A stretch of 61,262 nucleotides of DNA from Octopus sinensis (taxonomy: Eukaryota). How positions within the stretch are numbered: the first letter of the stretch is position 1; every line of letters starts with the position of its first letter. Under the pieces are notes generated by a model. The model did not search any database and had not been told where the DNA came from. It saw only the letters and a program-made list of their open reading frames with translations. The translations under genes and the position numbers were made by a program. Positions 1 to 12,466 of this stretch are shown here, piece by piece. The stretch is from NCBI RefSeq assembly GCF_006345805.1, contig NW_021832393.1, positions 1 to 61,262 on the forward strand, read 5' to 3'.

Positions 1-365
1 ATCATATAATTTCAATACATTAATTCTTAAATATAAAAATCAATAATTCATATCTCTCTCTCTTCTTCTCTTCTCCCGTCTGTCTTGATAGACAATGGGT
101 CGCGCCAAGGGTGGGGCCTACTTTGATGATGAGCAGCGTCTGCTGTGACTGAACAGTCCAATTCTAGAGTGACAGTCCCTGGTACAGTTGCTGCACACGA
201 ACATCGATGGGTACGTGTGGGGTGTTGTCCTCCTCCTGTCCCGCCTGTCCGACCACACACCACATATATATATATAATACATGGCATGTTGTGGTCGCCC
301 GTAATATGTTGGCTACACTCACAGACTAAACTCAGTATATGTAGTGAGATATCGTACTTAAATTA

Positions 366-472
366 GACACCTGACGAAACACAGCCTGCATTGATGGATG
401 CAACACAACTAGCTGTACAATACCCCACTCGTAAGGGACAGATGCAAGATGGGTCGAAATGATCGTCGTGTT
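366..472 (+). ncRNA. Candidate type I hammerhead ribozyme in a PLE pseudo-LTR-like segment
   Basis: GACAC-CTGACGA-(about 78 nt imperfect helix II; AACACAGCCTGCAT vs ATGCAAGATGGGTC)-GAAA-TGATCG-TC-GTGTT. Helix I is GACAC/GTGTT, the triplet is GUC, and AATAAA follows at 474-479. Confidence 0.5.
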
Positions 473-749
473 GAATAAAGATTCTTACTAAATCTGTTTT
501 CCGTTTCCCTCATTCATTATAAATTCAAGGAATACTGCGAGATTTCTGACGTAGATTCAGTGACAATTATATCATAACAGTTGATAATATTAGGTAGCTT
601 AAACAGCCAAAGTGCTTTAATCGGCATACTTGTGCACCTTAGTTCATTGGGATCACCATTATGATCTCCCTTTCACTCAACCACTTTTATTACTATTATT
701 TCCCTTTTATTCAACCTCTTCTTTTCTAGTCATCCCGCTATGTTTGATC

Positions 750-946
750 GCTGAACTCTACACACTTTTTCTCTCACCGTTTTTTCTTTCTCTCCCTATT
801 TTTTCCTCATTCCTTTCTTTCAAAGAGCGTAGGCTCGAAACGTAAAAGACTTTTCCATTTTCTCGAGCATTAAAGTAATACACCTGCTTGTTGTTCTTAA
901 ATCTGTCTTCGCCTTATTTTATTATCTTATTTTTTAAATTTGAACT
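750..946 (+). mobile_element. Degenerate copy of the TA-flanked hammerhead-bearing short element (core mutated)
   Basis: Shares AGAGCGTAGGCTCGAAACGTAAAAGAC with 13241-13428 and 56459-56634. The core reads CTTTCAA, and (TA)n follows. Confidence 0.65.
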
Positions 947-1249
947 ATATATATATATATATTATATAATATATATATATATATATATATAAAGAAAAAG
1001 AACGACTTCGTTGGCAATTCTAATCAGTTTCATTTATTATTTAAACAATTTTTTAATAATATAAACTTTACTGAAAACTAATAAATCAAACTGATTAGAA
1101 CTACCAGTGATGTGATTCTTTTTCCTTTTTTTCAAATATACCTAACTGTACCAAGGATCTCACACATTTCCAATCTTACGAGTGAGGTATAGAAAAGTCT
1201 TGAGCCTCAAAAAGCAAAAAAACAAAACATGGTACAAGACTTCTGATAA

Positions 1250-1318
<69 letters not shown>

Positions 1319-1320
<2 letters not shown>

Positions 1321-1500
1321 CGGTATTTCGTCTGTCTTTACGTTCTGAGTTCAAATTCTGCCGAGGTCATCTTTGCCCTTTCATCTTTTCGGGGTCGATA
1401 AATTATGTACAGTTGTGTACTGAGATCGATCTAATCGACTGGTCCCACTGCGCAAACATTTCGGGCCTTGTGCCTAGAGTAGAAAAGAATATAAAGTACA
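1319..1500 (+). mobile_element. SINE family A, 5'-truncated
   Basis: GCGGTATTTCG...GAGTTCAAATTC (B box)...GGGGTCGATAAATT, matching the other family A copies. Confidence 0.8.
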
Positions 1501-1794
1501 TGCCTGAATAGCAAAGAGCGGATCTCTTCTCTCGCAGCTGGGTCGTAATATCCGCATACATTGCAAGAATATCAGGTGTTGGCGCTTCTGCACCGAGTTC
1601 GATATTCACTTCGATATTTGGGTGTGCTCGCTATTACAAGGTACCTCAGTTTAAGTACCTAATGCAACTGAATGCAGCAACATCTGATAGCCTGGTCGGT
1701 CACGGTGATCACGGTGATATATATATATCGCTGGTCACAATGCGCTTCGCATTGTTTTAGCCTTCAAATGACGCCACCCCGCTGGCTAAGCGGG

Positions 1795-2066
<272 letters not shown>

Positions 2067-2174
2067 CACATATATATGTACATACATATATTTGTATATA
2101 CATCGACTTAATCCCTTTGTCTGTCCTTGTTTGTCTCCTCTGTGTTTAGCCCTTGTGGGTAGTAAAGAAATATA

Positions 2175-2414
2175 TGAATAGTAGCGGTCTGAGTAAGTGA
2201 GGTAGTAACTAGTTCGTGTGTTGAGAGTTCAAAGCTGGAGTTTACAGTTCGAGTTATCGTTTTGGATTGTTTGTTCTTAAAAGATTGTTGTTACGTTCCG
2301 CGTGGTTGCTGCTGTTTATCTCGATCATATTATTATTATTATTACACTTTTGCAGTTGTTTCGTTTATCCATGAGGATATAACATCTGTCGGATAGGATC
2401 GTTCGAAACTAACA
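2175..2414 (+). repeat. Possible remnant of the gypsy 5' LTR
   Basis: Ends ...AACTAACA followed by TTGG (LTR end and PBS-like) 25 nt before the gag ATG. No second LTR is present to confirm it. Confidence 0.35.
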
Positions 2415-2439
2415 TTGGTTATTTGACAATTTCTGCGTC

Positions 2440-5400
2440 ATGGGAAACCTATTAGCCGCAGCAGTACAGCTTCAAGAGAAGCAACAGGAACAACTACAGG
2501 AGTTGCAAAAACAAATGCAGCAACAACAAGTGGAGGCGCAATGGTCCAATGGTTAGGGCAGCGGACTCGCGGTCGGAGGATCGCGGTTTCGATTCCCAGA
2601 CCGGGCGTTTTGTGTGTTTATTGAGCGAAAACACCCAAAGCTCCACGAGGCTCCGGCAGGGGGTGGTGGCAACCCCTGTTGTACTCTTTCGCTCCGACCT
2701 TCTCTCAGTCTTTCTTCCTGTTTCTTGTCCCCGACTTCCTACGCAACCGCTGAGCCTGGATGCGCATTCATCCATCCGTCGATGCTCTGGGTGTCGGGGG
2801 GTTGACCTGCTTTCTCTTCTGCGGGTCTTACGAATAGCAAAGGACCACGTTTCGGACTTCTCCCATCTTGCGAGCTCTGGGACAAAGACCGTTCGCTCAA
2901 CAGCAAAAGCATCAACAGCAAAAGCACAACAGCAAAAGCATCAACAGCAACAACAACCACAATTGATTGAGTTACAGTCGATGAAGTCCGAAAATCCAGT
3001 AAGCTCGATTACGCCAGACGGCGTGGCTAACACAACTTCTGAATTATAATCCGGAGGAGGGTATTACGTTTTTCGCATATTATAGAAGATACGAAGAAGT
3101 TTTTAACAACGAGTGCAAGTCATGGTCTGAGGAGCAGAACGTAAGACTTTTTCTACGCCAGGTAGCTCCTGCCGAACATGAGAGTTACTTTATTCTGCTT
3201 AAAATGTTGAGTGAGGCTGGTTTTCAAGAAATCGTAGAACTGTTTTCAAAATTTTTTTTGTGATAGAAGTTTATTATTCAACACCAGATTGGAGTGTTGG
3301 ACCTTAATAAAAAATGAGGAGGATGGTTTTATCACCTACGCCAGAGCAGTCAACCGTATGTGCGAAAATTGCAAGCTCCAGGATCTCACTCAGGATATGT
3401 TCAAATCACTTATCTCTGTGCAAGGACTTATAGCACCTAAAGACAGAGAAATTCGAGTAAGAATTCTCTCGAAAATGGAGCAAGCGAACCAGGATGTATC
3501 TCTGCAGACCATTGCAGAATAATATCAGACTATGGTAAACCTTAAACATGATGTGGAAAAAATACATGATAAAGAGTCTTCAAGAATTCAAATGTGTCGT
3601 CCAGGGAAGCACGATAAAAAAAAAATGTGTCAGGCTCCAATCTATATTATGGTTGTGGAGGCCTACACTACAAACAGGATTGTCCGTGTAAAAACAAAAA
3701 GTGCTATAGTTGTCAGAAGCTTGGGCACAGGAGTTCTCAATGTAGAACAAGACTACGAGGCTCAAACATAAAAAGTTCTAAGGTGTTTCCAGTAGAGAGT
3801 GATTGCGACGGAAAAACAAGAAAATTAGGGCACGTAAAAATAAATGATGTGAATACCAAATTACAGTTAGACACAGGTAGTTGCATTTCGGTTATAAATG
3901 CGGATACTTGGAAAAACATTGGTAAACCGAGATTACGTAAAACAGCGAAAATAGTGCGTGATGTAACGGGCGATAGATTTACAGTTCATAGGCAAAACAT
4001 TTCGAGGGAGAGACACTCGAAGCAAAATTATTCGTTGTGGATAATACAATCAATCTGCTCGGCACAGATTGGTCAGAACTGTTCGATTTATGGCACCGCC
4101 GCATAAATATTGCAATAACATAAATGGTTGTCCCATTAAAAACAAGTCTTAGGAAGAACTGAAGAAAACATTGAAAACGTGTCCCCGCAAGAGTTAACAG
4201 AGGATTTAGGTTTATGTAGAAAGACAGAAGTTTATTTCCAAGTAAGTGAAAACGCTGTATCTGTATTTAAAGCAAACAGAAAAGTACCGTTCGCGGCAAT
4301 TGAAACCGCAAATGAAGAGTTGGACAGACTCGAAAAGAGTAGAGCCATCAAAAAGGTAGATTACTCGAAGTGGGCGGCACCCATGGTATGTATTTTTAAA
4401 AAATAAGAAGATTAGGCTGGGCTGTGTGCCGATTTCTTTACAGGATTGAACAACTGCTTTTTACTCCCGGCTGCAAAGTTTTCAAAGTTAAATGATGGAA
4501 GAATTTTTTCCAAATTAGATCTGTCTGAAGTTTACTACAGATAAAAGTAAATGAAAAATGCTCGAAGTATTTGACAATAGATACACACAGAAGATTGTAG
4601 ACACACACGATTAACTTTTGGATTAAAAGTGGCACCAGCAATATTCCAGCAAATCATGGATAATACGTTATCTGATTGTGAATTTGCAATCTCATATTTG
4701 GTCGATATTTTAATCAAGAGTAATTCTTGTGAATAGCTTGTGGAACACGTAAAAGCTGTGTTTAAGAAAATTAAAGTTTTCGGGTTCACTTTGAGTGAAG
4801 CAAAATGCGAATTCTTTCTACCCCAAATTAAGTACTTAGGGTAAGTAATTAATTAAAGAGGTAGACGTCCTGACCCATCGAAAGCAGATCCAATAAGGAA
4901 TATGCCTGCGCCAACTAATATTCCAACTTTACAAACATTTCTTGGGTTGGTAAACTATTATCGAAGCTACATCCCTAATACGCACAAGTTAAGGGCTCCA
5001 TTGAACGATTTATTAAAAAAAAGGAGTAAAGTACAATTGGTCTACTAAATGTCAGAACACTTTTGAAGAAATTTTTTTAAAGATTCTAATCTCAGACCTG
5101 TCGATCTCGAAATGGACATCACTGTAACGTCTGATGCTTCCGAGCACGGATTAGGTGTAGTTCTACTTCATAAATACGAAAACGGAAGTACAAAACCAGT
5201 GGTTCATGTTTCGCGCTCGCTAATAGCGACCGAGAAGAGATAATCAAATTGAAAAGGAGGCCCTAGCAATTAATTTTGCTGTTAAAAAAATTTCACAGGT
5301 TTCTGGAAGGCAGAAGTTATTTATTGCAAATAGAACATAGACTTTTGCTGTCGATTTATGGGTTTAGAAAAAGGTTACCGACTCATACTGCGAACCACCT

Positions 5401-6055
5401 GCAACGTTGGGGGTGTAGTATTACTAAATTATAATTTCAAAATGCAATAAATTCCATTGAAAAAAGTCGGCCATGCGGACTGCCTTTCGAGATTAATTCC
5501 AAAAAAATATGGAACCACTAGAAGAGACTGTTATAGCTGTACTGCGGGCAGAAAATGAAATTAAGAGTGTTATGACGAACGTTATCCAAGAACTACCATT
5601 GATGGCATAGGATATGAGAATGAAAGCTGTAGATGATGAGTATATAACGAAAATAAAGAAGCTTTTAAAAATAAACAGAATAAAAATTCAGATGCCAGAA
5701 GTTCTTTAATTTGTGACAATATTCTGATGTCTGCCCAAAGAGTGGTGGTTCCAACAATATTACAAAAAGGTGTATTGCAGCAATTTCCCAGTGGACATCC
5801 AAGAATGGCAAGGATGAAAGCTCTGATAGAAGTTATATCTATTGGCCGTCTATGGACCGTCTATGGACCGAGGTATCGAAAACTTGGTGAGAACGTGCTG
5901 AGGTTGCGCACTCGCGGCCAAAGCCCCGCCGGTAAAATATCAGTCATGGCCAGAGACGGAGAACCCATGGTCTATGTTACACATTAACTATGCCGGACCG
6001 GTAACTGTCACTTGCTACCCAATGGTTGTAGATAGTGTCCAGAAGTTAAACAACA
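2440..6055 (+). pseudogene. Decayed Ty3/gypsy LTR retrotransposon gag-pol, 3'-truncated in the integrase
   Basis: Gag start MGNLLAAAVQLQEKQQ; two CCHC knuckles (CYGCGGLHYKQDC, CYSCQKLGHRSSQC); protease LDTG at about 3870; RT WAAPMV, FSKLDL, FGLKVAPAIFQ and YLVD (from YLDD) at about 4695; RNase H DASEHGLG at about 5133; integrase GHP at about 5793 and LHINYAGP at about 5980; many stops and frameshifts. Confidence 0.93.
2530..2944 (+). mobile_element. Full-length SINE family C inserted into the gag poly-Q tract
   Basis: tRNA-like head and CAA-rich tail. A 12-bp TSD CAGCAACAACAA lies at 2518-2529 and 2945-2956, and removing the insert restores the gag frame. Confidence 0.88.
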
Positions 6056-6113
6056 CTAATAATAAATCAAAAAAACAAAATAAGCAAGCTTTGACGGTTT
6101 TATAGAATATATA

Positions 6114-6203
<90 letters not shown>

Positions 6204-6204
6204 C

Positions 6205-6339
6205 GACGGGATTCTTTCAGTTTCCATCTACCAAATCCACTCACAAGGCATTAGTCGGCCCAAAGCTGTAGTAGAAGACACTTGCCCAAGATGCCACGCA
6301 GTGGCACTGAACCTGGAACCATGTAGTTGGGAAGCAACA
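6205..6339 (-). mobile_element. SINE family B fragment
   Basis: Matches the family B tRNA-like head and CORE-like TTGGGCAAGTGTCTT motif. Confidence 0.8.
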
Positions 6340-6344
6340 GAATT

Positions 6345-7205
6345 AAGATAAACAGAGTTCTTTTTTTAATCTGAAATATACTCTCGTTCATTCTCTACAA
6401 TGTTCTTCCATGTATCTGGTAGACTTGCAAAATTCCAAAATTCCCTTGTCCCTGACGAAAATTACTCCTCTCCTACTGTTCTGGCCTCGCCTACAGAATT
6501 CATATTATGTCCGTCCAAATGACTTTGAAGACTACGGAATAAATGATGAACAGATGGGGCAATGTCCGACGGGGTAGAGCATCGTCTCCCATTCAAACTG
6601 CTCCAGCCATTGGAATGTCATCTTCACTGTATGTGGCCGAGGATTATCGTGATGGAAGAACACATATCATCTTGAAACCAGAGATGGTCGTTTTCCGATG
6701 GCACGCAGGTGTCGATGAATGGTTGAATGACAAAATCCAAGCTCCTCTACAGGTTCTTAACAGTTACGATAGGATTTTGTTTCACCAGGGTTTGCAGGAC
6801 GTTGTCGTCGAGTCCTACAGATCTTCCAGGACGAGGCTCGTTTTCTTGGCTGTAGTTTCCGGCTCTGAGTTTCTGGAACCAACATTGACACCAGCTTACG
6901 CTAATTGTCCGATCATCAAATGCTGTAACAATATTCCTCGCACCTTCCGTTGCGTTGTTGCCTTTATTGAACTCATAAAGCAAAAGGTATGCCGAATGTA
7001 CTCCTTTGTCAGCTCCCATATAGCTTTGAAAAAGTAACTGTTAAAATCGAACTGCACTCTTAAAAACTTGCACTAAGAATAAGGTCAATGTTAAATTACT
7101 ACCTGCTTTTGTAGCAAGTTCATGCAAGTATTTTCTCCCATCCCCCCTCCGACTTTTAGTTCATGCAACTGAAAAAAACCGCATTATTTATGGGATAACC
7201 CAATA
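6345..7205 (-). pseudogene. Internally deleted mariner transposon with a dead transposase
   Basis: N-terminus LLLYEFNKGNNATEGARNI...NEPRPGRS; HHDNPRPH at about 6627-6654; WETML and PSDIAPSVHHLFRSLQSHL (third catalytic D appears as V); one TA-flanked TIR TTGGGTTATCCCATAAATAATGCGG at about 7180-7203; the other end is missing. Confidence 0.9.
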
Positions 7206-7233
7206 TGTGTGTGTGTATATATGTGTATATAGT

Positions 7234-7465
7234 AGGCGGCGAGCTGGCAGAATCGTTAGCACGCTGGGCGAAATGCTCAGCGGTATTTCATCTGTCGTTA
7301 CGTTGTGAGTTCAAATTCCACTGAGGTCGACTTTGCCTTTCATCCTTTCGGGGTCGATAAATTAAGTACCAGTTACGAACTGGGGTCAATGTAATCGACT
7401 TAATACCTATGTCTGTTCTTGTTGTCCCCTCTATGTTTAGCCCCTTGTGGGTAATAAAGAAATAG
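7234..7465 (+). mobile_element. SINE family A, full length
   Basis: AGGCGGCGAGCTGGCAGAA head, B box GAGTTCAAATTC, ends AAAGAAATAGGTAT. Confidence 0.88.
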
Positions 7466-7470
7466 GTATA

Positions 7471-7501
<31 letters not shown>

Positions 7502-7554
7502 CTATATATATATATATTATATATATAATATATAATATATATATTATACCCATA

Positions 7555-7715
7555 CAACGGGCTTTTTTTCAGTTTCCGTCTACCAAGTCCACTCTCAAGA
7601 CTTTTGGTCGGCCCGGGGCTATAGTAGAAGACACTTGCCCAAGGTGCCACGCAGTGGGACTGAACGTGAAACCACGTGGTTAGGAAGCAAGCTGCTTACC
7701 ACACAGCCACACCTC
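7555..7715 (-). mobile_element. SINE family B, 5' half
   Basis: GGCTGTGTGGTAAG head and TTGGGCAAGTGTCTT on the minus strand. Confidence 0.8.
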
Positions 7716-7719
7716 CGTC

Positions 7720-8480
7720 TATGTTGAAAAAGTTGAAAATAAATATTCAGTTTTGAGAAGAGAAAGTGACAGAGAGAAATGGATGGGCGATCTTTTAAGG
7801 AAAAGCGCTGCTAGCTTTGCGCTGCCCGAAAGGCAGCAGACACAGTTAAAACGTGGTTTGAGAAAGGAAGATATCTGTTTCTTTACTACCCACAAGGGGC
7901 TAAACACAGAGGGGGACAAACAAGGACAGACAAACGGATTAAGTCGATTATATCGACCCCAGTGCGTAACTGGTACTTAATTTATCGACCCCGAAAGGAT
8001 GAAAGGCAAAGTCGACCTCGGCGGAATTTGAACTCAGAACGTAACGGCAGACGAAATACCACTAGGTATTTCGCCCGGCTTGCTAACGATTCTGCCAGCT
8101 CGACGCCTTTAAGAGAAAGGAAGATATCATGGATGCACCAGATGAGATTAAAAACTGGAAATGTAGACTTTGTGACCGACATCTGTCTCAAAGCTGGCTG
8201 CGAAATCAAGATGCTTCTAATAATGCTTTGCCTCCCTTTATATGGTAACAACTCTTGCATAATATGTGGGAAAATTAGTCGTAGAAACCCTGCTTTGAAA
8301 AGGCACAGGGTAGTGTATAAGATTACCATACGGCAAGTAATCTAGGTAATCCCTTTAGCAGTTTTGAATTATATTTGTCGCATATGTTTGAAGTTCTGCA
8401 GGTTAGCTGTCGGTCTTTTAGAGTCGTCTCAGAACACACAGATGTGATGCAGATTATCGGGATGACGCAGATAAACGGAG
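7720..8480 (+). pseudogene. Highly decayed non-LTR (RTE-like) reverse transcriptase fragment, interrupted by a SINE
   Basis: After removing 7876-8112 it reads GLRKEDIMDAPDEIKN.K, then in shifted frames LKAGCE and SFR..SEHTD. These resemble the pre-RT and RT domain 0-1 motifs of non-LTR elements. Confidence 0.45.
7876..8112 (-). mobile_element. SINE family A with 16-bp TSD
   Basis: GAGAAAGGAAGATATC at 7860-7875 and 8113-8128. Confidence 0.9.
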
Positions 8481-8515
8481 AAGGATATCAGCTATCGAAA
8501 TGAAGCGAGCATCAT

Positions 8516-8518
8516 GGG

Positions 8519-8557
<39 letters not shown>

Positions 8558-9110
8558 ATGTATGTATATATATATGTGTGTTTGTATGTATGTATGTATG
8601 TATGTATGTATGTGTGTGCATGTATGTATGTATGTATGTATGTATGTATGTATATATATATGTATGTTTGTATGTATGTATGTATGTATATATGTATTAT
8701 ATATATATGTGTGTTTGTATGTATGTATGTATGTATGGTATGTATGTATATATGTATGTATGTGTGCATGTATGCATGTATGTATGTATGTATATATGTG
8801 TGCGTGTGTGTCTGTCTGTCTGTATGTATGTATGTATGTATGTATGTATGTATGTATGTATGTATGTATGTATGTATGTATGTGTGTGTATGAATGTATG
8901 TATGTATGTATGTATGTATGTATGTATGCATGCATGTATGTATATATGTATGTATGTATGTATGTGTGTATGTATGTATGTGTGTGTGTATGTATGTATG
9001 AATGTATGTATGTATGTATGTATGATTGTGTGTATGTGTATGCATGTATGAATGTATGTATGTATGTGTATGTATGTATGCATATATGAATGTATGTATC
9101 AATGTATATA
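8516..9110. repeat. (TATG)n/(TG)n compound microsatellite
   Basis: Direct inspection. Confidence 0.97.
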
Positions 9111-9789
9111 TTTAGTTATGTATATATATGGCTTCACGAAAGATTATATTGAGCATTTCAATGTTTACACAATGATCGACAACTCACATACACACACACA
9201 CACACACACACACATTATATATATATATATATATATATATAGGCAGTCTCTCACGTGCTCTGACTGAACAACACCATGAACTGCGGTAAGCACATTTTTG
9301 TGGGTTAAAACGAAATTGCGACCGGAACCAGCCACTAAATAGAACGATAATACGTACATATCTGTTAATGGTTCTTCATTTGGGCCGTATTACCAAAGAA
9401 CTTATTAACCTTTCGATAGTAGGCGGGTTTTTACGACTAGGTGTATAAAATATGGCTAAATAATCCTTCACTTACACGTGATACCGCCTCTCTACAGGAC
9501 ACCCTGTTGAGTACTCCGTTGGGGTAGCGTCGAGTATATAGATAGAGAGAAGCCAAATCATAATATTTTCTTAGTCTACTTCTCCAGTTCCCGGGTAACA
9601 CAAGTTTATATAATTGTATCCTGTAGAATAAACATCAGCGTGAGCGCGCGCACATGTGCCTGCGTATATGCATACACATGAACACACATATGCTGTCTCT
9701 CTTTCACACAAACACACACACACACAAACATACATACGACTATATATATATATATATATAAAACATATGTATGTATACAGAGAGAGAGA

Positions 9790-9821
<32 letters not shown>

Positions 9822-9966
9822 TATTTATTGGCTGAGTTTTGTGCCAAGACGTTAAAAAACTTGATAAGTCCATTGGCTCAAAACTTTGGATCTTTGAATC
9901 ACTCCTGTAGAAATACAGTCAGTTAAAGCTTTTATACACATCTATTTTGCGTATTGTGTTCTCTCC

Positions 9967-10325
9967 CTCTCCATGGATGGAAGCACTCCGTCGGTTACGA
10001 CGACGAGGGTTCCGGTTGATCCGATCAACGGAACAGCCTGCTCGTGAAATTAACGTGTAAGTGGCTGAGCACTCCACAGACACGTGTACCCTTAACGTAG
10101 TTCCCGGGAATATTCAGCGTGACACAGAGAGTGACAAGGCCAGCCCCTTGAAATACAGGTACAACAGAAACATGAAGTAAGAGTGAGAGAAAGTTGTGGT
10201 GAAAGAGTACAGCAGGGATCACCACCATCCCCTGCCGGAGCCTCGTGGAGCTTTAAGGTGTTTTCGCTCAATAAACACTCACAACGCCCGGTCTGGGAAT
10301 CGAAACCGCGAGTCCGCCTCCCTCT
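9967..10325 (-). mobile_element. SINE family C head and body with a different 3' tail
   Basis: 10200-10325 matches the family C body, while 9967-10190 is unrelated to the tail of the 2530-2944 copy. Confidence 0.75.
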
Positions 10326-10478
10326 CCATAGGTGAAATCAAAACGTACAAAAGTGCTTATATATGTATACAAACATATATGTATACATTATACATACATA
10401 CATACATACATACATACATACAAACAAACATACGTGCATGTATGCATGCATACAACATGCATACGTACATACATACTA

Positions 10479-10712
10479 AGGCGCGTGGAGCTGGCAGACA
10501 CGTTAGCACGCCGGGCGAAATGCGTAGCCGTATTTCGTCTGCCGTTACGTTCTGAGTTCAAATTCCGCTGAGGTCGACTTCACATTTCATCCTTTCGGGG
10601 TCGATAAATTAAGTACCAATTACGCACTGGGGTCGATGTAATCGACTTAATCCGTTTTGTCTGTCCTTGTTTGTCCCCTCTGTGTTTAGCCCCTTGTGGG
10701 TAGTAAAGAAAT
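10479..10712 (+). mobile_element. SINE family A, full length
   Basis: Same consensus as 7234-7465. Confidence 0.88.
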
Positions 10713-10944
10713 ATATATACATACATAACAGAAATGCACATACACACACACACATTCACACACATGTATACATATATCTGTGTATGAATTTATATATAAA
10801 TACATACATACGCACGCACGCGCGCGTTACACACACATACACACACATACACACACACACACACACTCAAGTTCCCTGAACGAAACTCTCAGCCCTCGAG
10901 TATACTTTTGCGACTTTCTACGGATTAAAAAGTGTATATACTCT

Positions 10945-11128
10945 CTTGCTCTTTAGTCTTTTACTTGTTTCAGTCATGTGACTGTGGCCATGCTGGAGCA
11001 CTGCCCTTTAGCCGGGCAAATCGCCCCCAGAACTTATTCTTTGTAAGCCTAGTACTTATTCTATCGGTTTCTTTTGCCGAACCGCTAAGTTACAGGGACG
11101 TAAACACACCAGCATCGGTTGTCAAGCG

Positions 11129-11130
<2 letters not shown>
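10945..11130 (-). mobile_element. SINE family B, 3' half
   Basis: CTTTTACTTGTTTCAGTCA...GCCATGCTGGAGCAC...GCCGAACCGCTAAG. Confidence 0.8.
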
Positions 11131-11161
<31 letters not shown>

Positions 11162-11304
11162 CGCACATTGCGTTGTGTGTGTATGTTATGTGTATGTGTG
11201 TGTTGTACGTGTGTGTGAATGTGTGTGTGTGAGTGTATTTGTGTGTGTTGGGGCGGGGTTGGCTTGTTTGAACAAACAAGAAATAGAACCCCGCCCCTAC
11301 ACAC

Positions 11305-11720
11305 ACACATTCACACACACACAAAATACACACACATAACACACACACACAACACACACACAAAACACACACACACAACACACACACAAAACACACACAC
11401 ACAACACACACACAAAACACACACACACAACACACACACAAAACACACACACATAACATACACACACAACACACACACATAACATACACACACAACACAC
11501 ACACAAAACACACACACAGAACACACACACACACAACACACACACAAAACACACACACACAACACACACACACACATTCACACACACCTACAATACACAC
11601 ACATACACATAACATACATACGTAACACACACACATAATACACACACACACTACACACACACAAAACACACACACTTACATAACACACACACACGCAACA
11701 CAGACACACAAAACACCTAG
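11305..11720. repeat. (CA)n-rich compound microsatellite
   Basis: Direct inspection. Confidence 0.95.
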
Positions 11721-11884
11721 ACTACACTCGCGTGCGCGTGCATACGCATGCGCACGGAACCTCAGACGCACAATTGCACAAATGCACACATACACACATA
11801 ATCATAAATACAGACATCAAATAGTGCAATGACGAAAAGTCTATTTGCAGATCTTGGTGCGTTGTTTGTATAAGCGAACCATAC

Positions 11885-12466
11885 GTTGGGGAGGACGTCG
11901 AGTGTGGTGGCGCCGGCGGGTGGTGGCGGTGGTAGTGGCGGTGGTGGTAGCGATGGTGGTGGGTGATGATGGTTGAAGTAGCAGTAGTGGTGGTGCCGGT
12001 GGTGGTAGTAGTTTTGGTGGTGATGACGATAACGATGATGTTTAAAAACGGTGTTGGTGGTGGTGGTGGTGTGTTCGTGTGCTGGTAGCAGTGATGGTGA
12101 TGATGATGATGATGATGTTTGCGGTGTACATAGCGCTGGCGATGACGTCGGTGGTGGAATGGTGCCAAACTCTGCATCACTACCCGGCAACAACCGAGGT
12201 GGAACCCACAACTTCATCTTTTTACCATTCCACAGAGTATATAATAACGTCATGAGACCAAAAACTGAGACGAAGTCAACATCTTCGTTCAACACTAATG
12301 AGAATATCAGTGGCACGTAGTTGCTGCTGCAGCTGCCGTTGGTGCTTCCGCTGCTGTTGGTGCTGCTGCCGCCGTTGATGCTGCCGATACTGTGGCGGTG
12401 GTGGGGTGGGTGTGGGTCGGGTTCAGTCCCGGCTCGTTCCTGCCAATAGAGATCTGTAAGACATTC
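11885..12466 (-). CDS. Candidate coding exon of an unidentified host gene
   Basis: Stop-free frame from 12484 to 11762 with globular-looking blocks (ECLTDLYWQERAG; NYVPLIFSLVLNEDVDFVSVFGLMTLLYTLWNGKKMKLWVPPRLLPGSDAEFGTIP) separated by S/N/G and H/P tracts. The best guess is acceptor CAG|GAA at 12466 and donor AAC|GTATGG at 11885 (582 nt, phase 0-0). Boundaries are uncertain. Confidence 0.45.

Noticed and set aside
2530-2600. tRNA gene-like sequences (also the heads of SINE families A, B and D)
   Set aside because: They continue into shared SINE bodies and lack a complete acceptor stem.
2175-6055. Intact or active gypsy element
   Set aside because: It has numerous stops and frameshifts, YLDD is mutated, the integrase is truncated and there is no 3' LTR.
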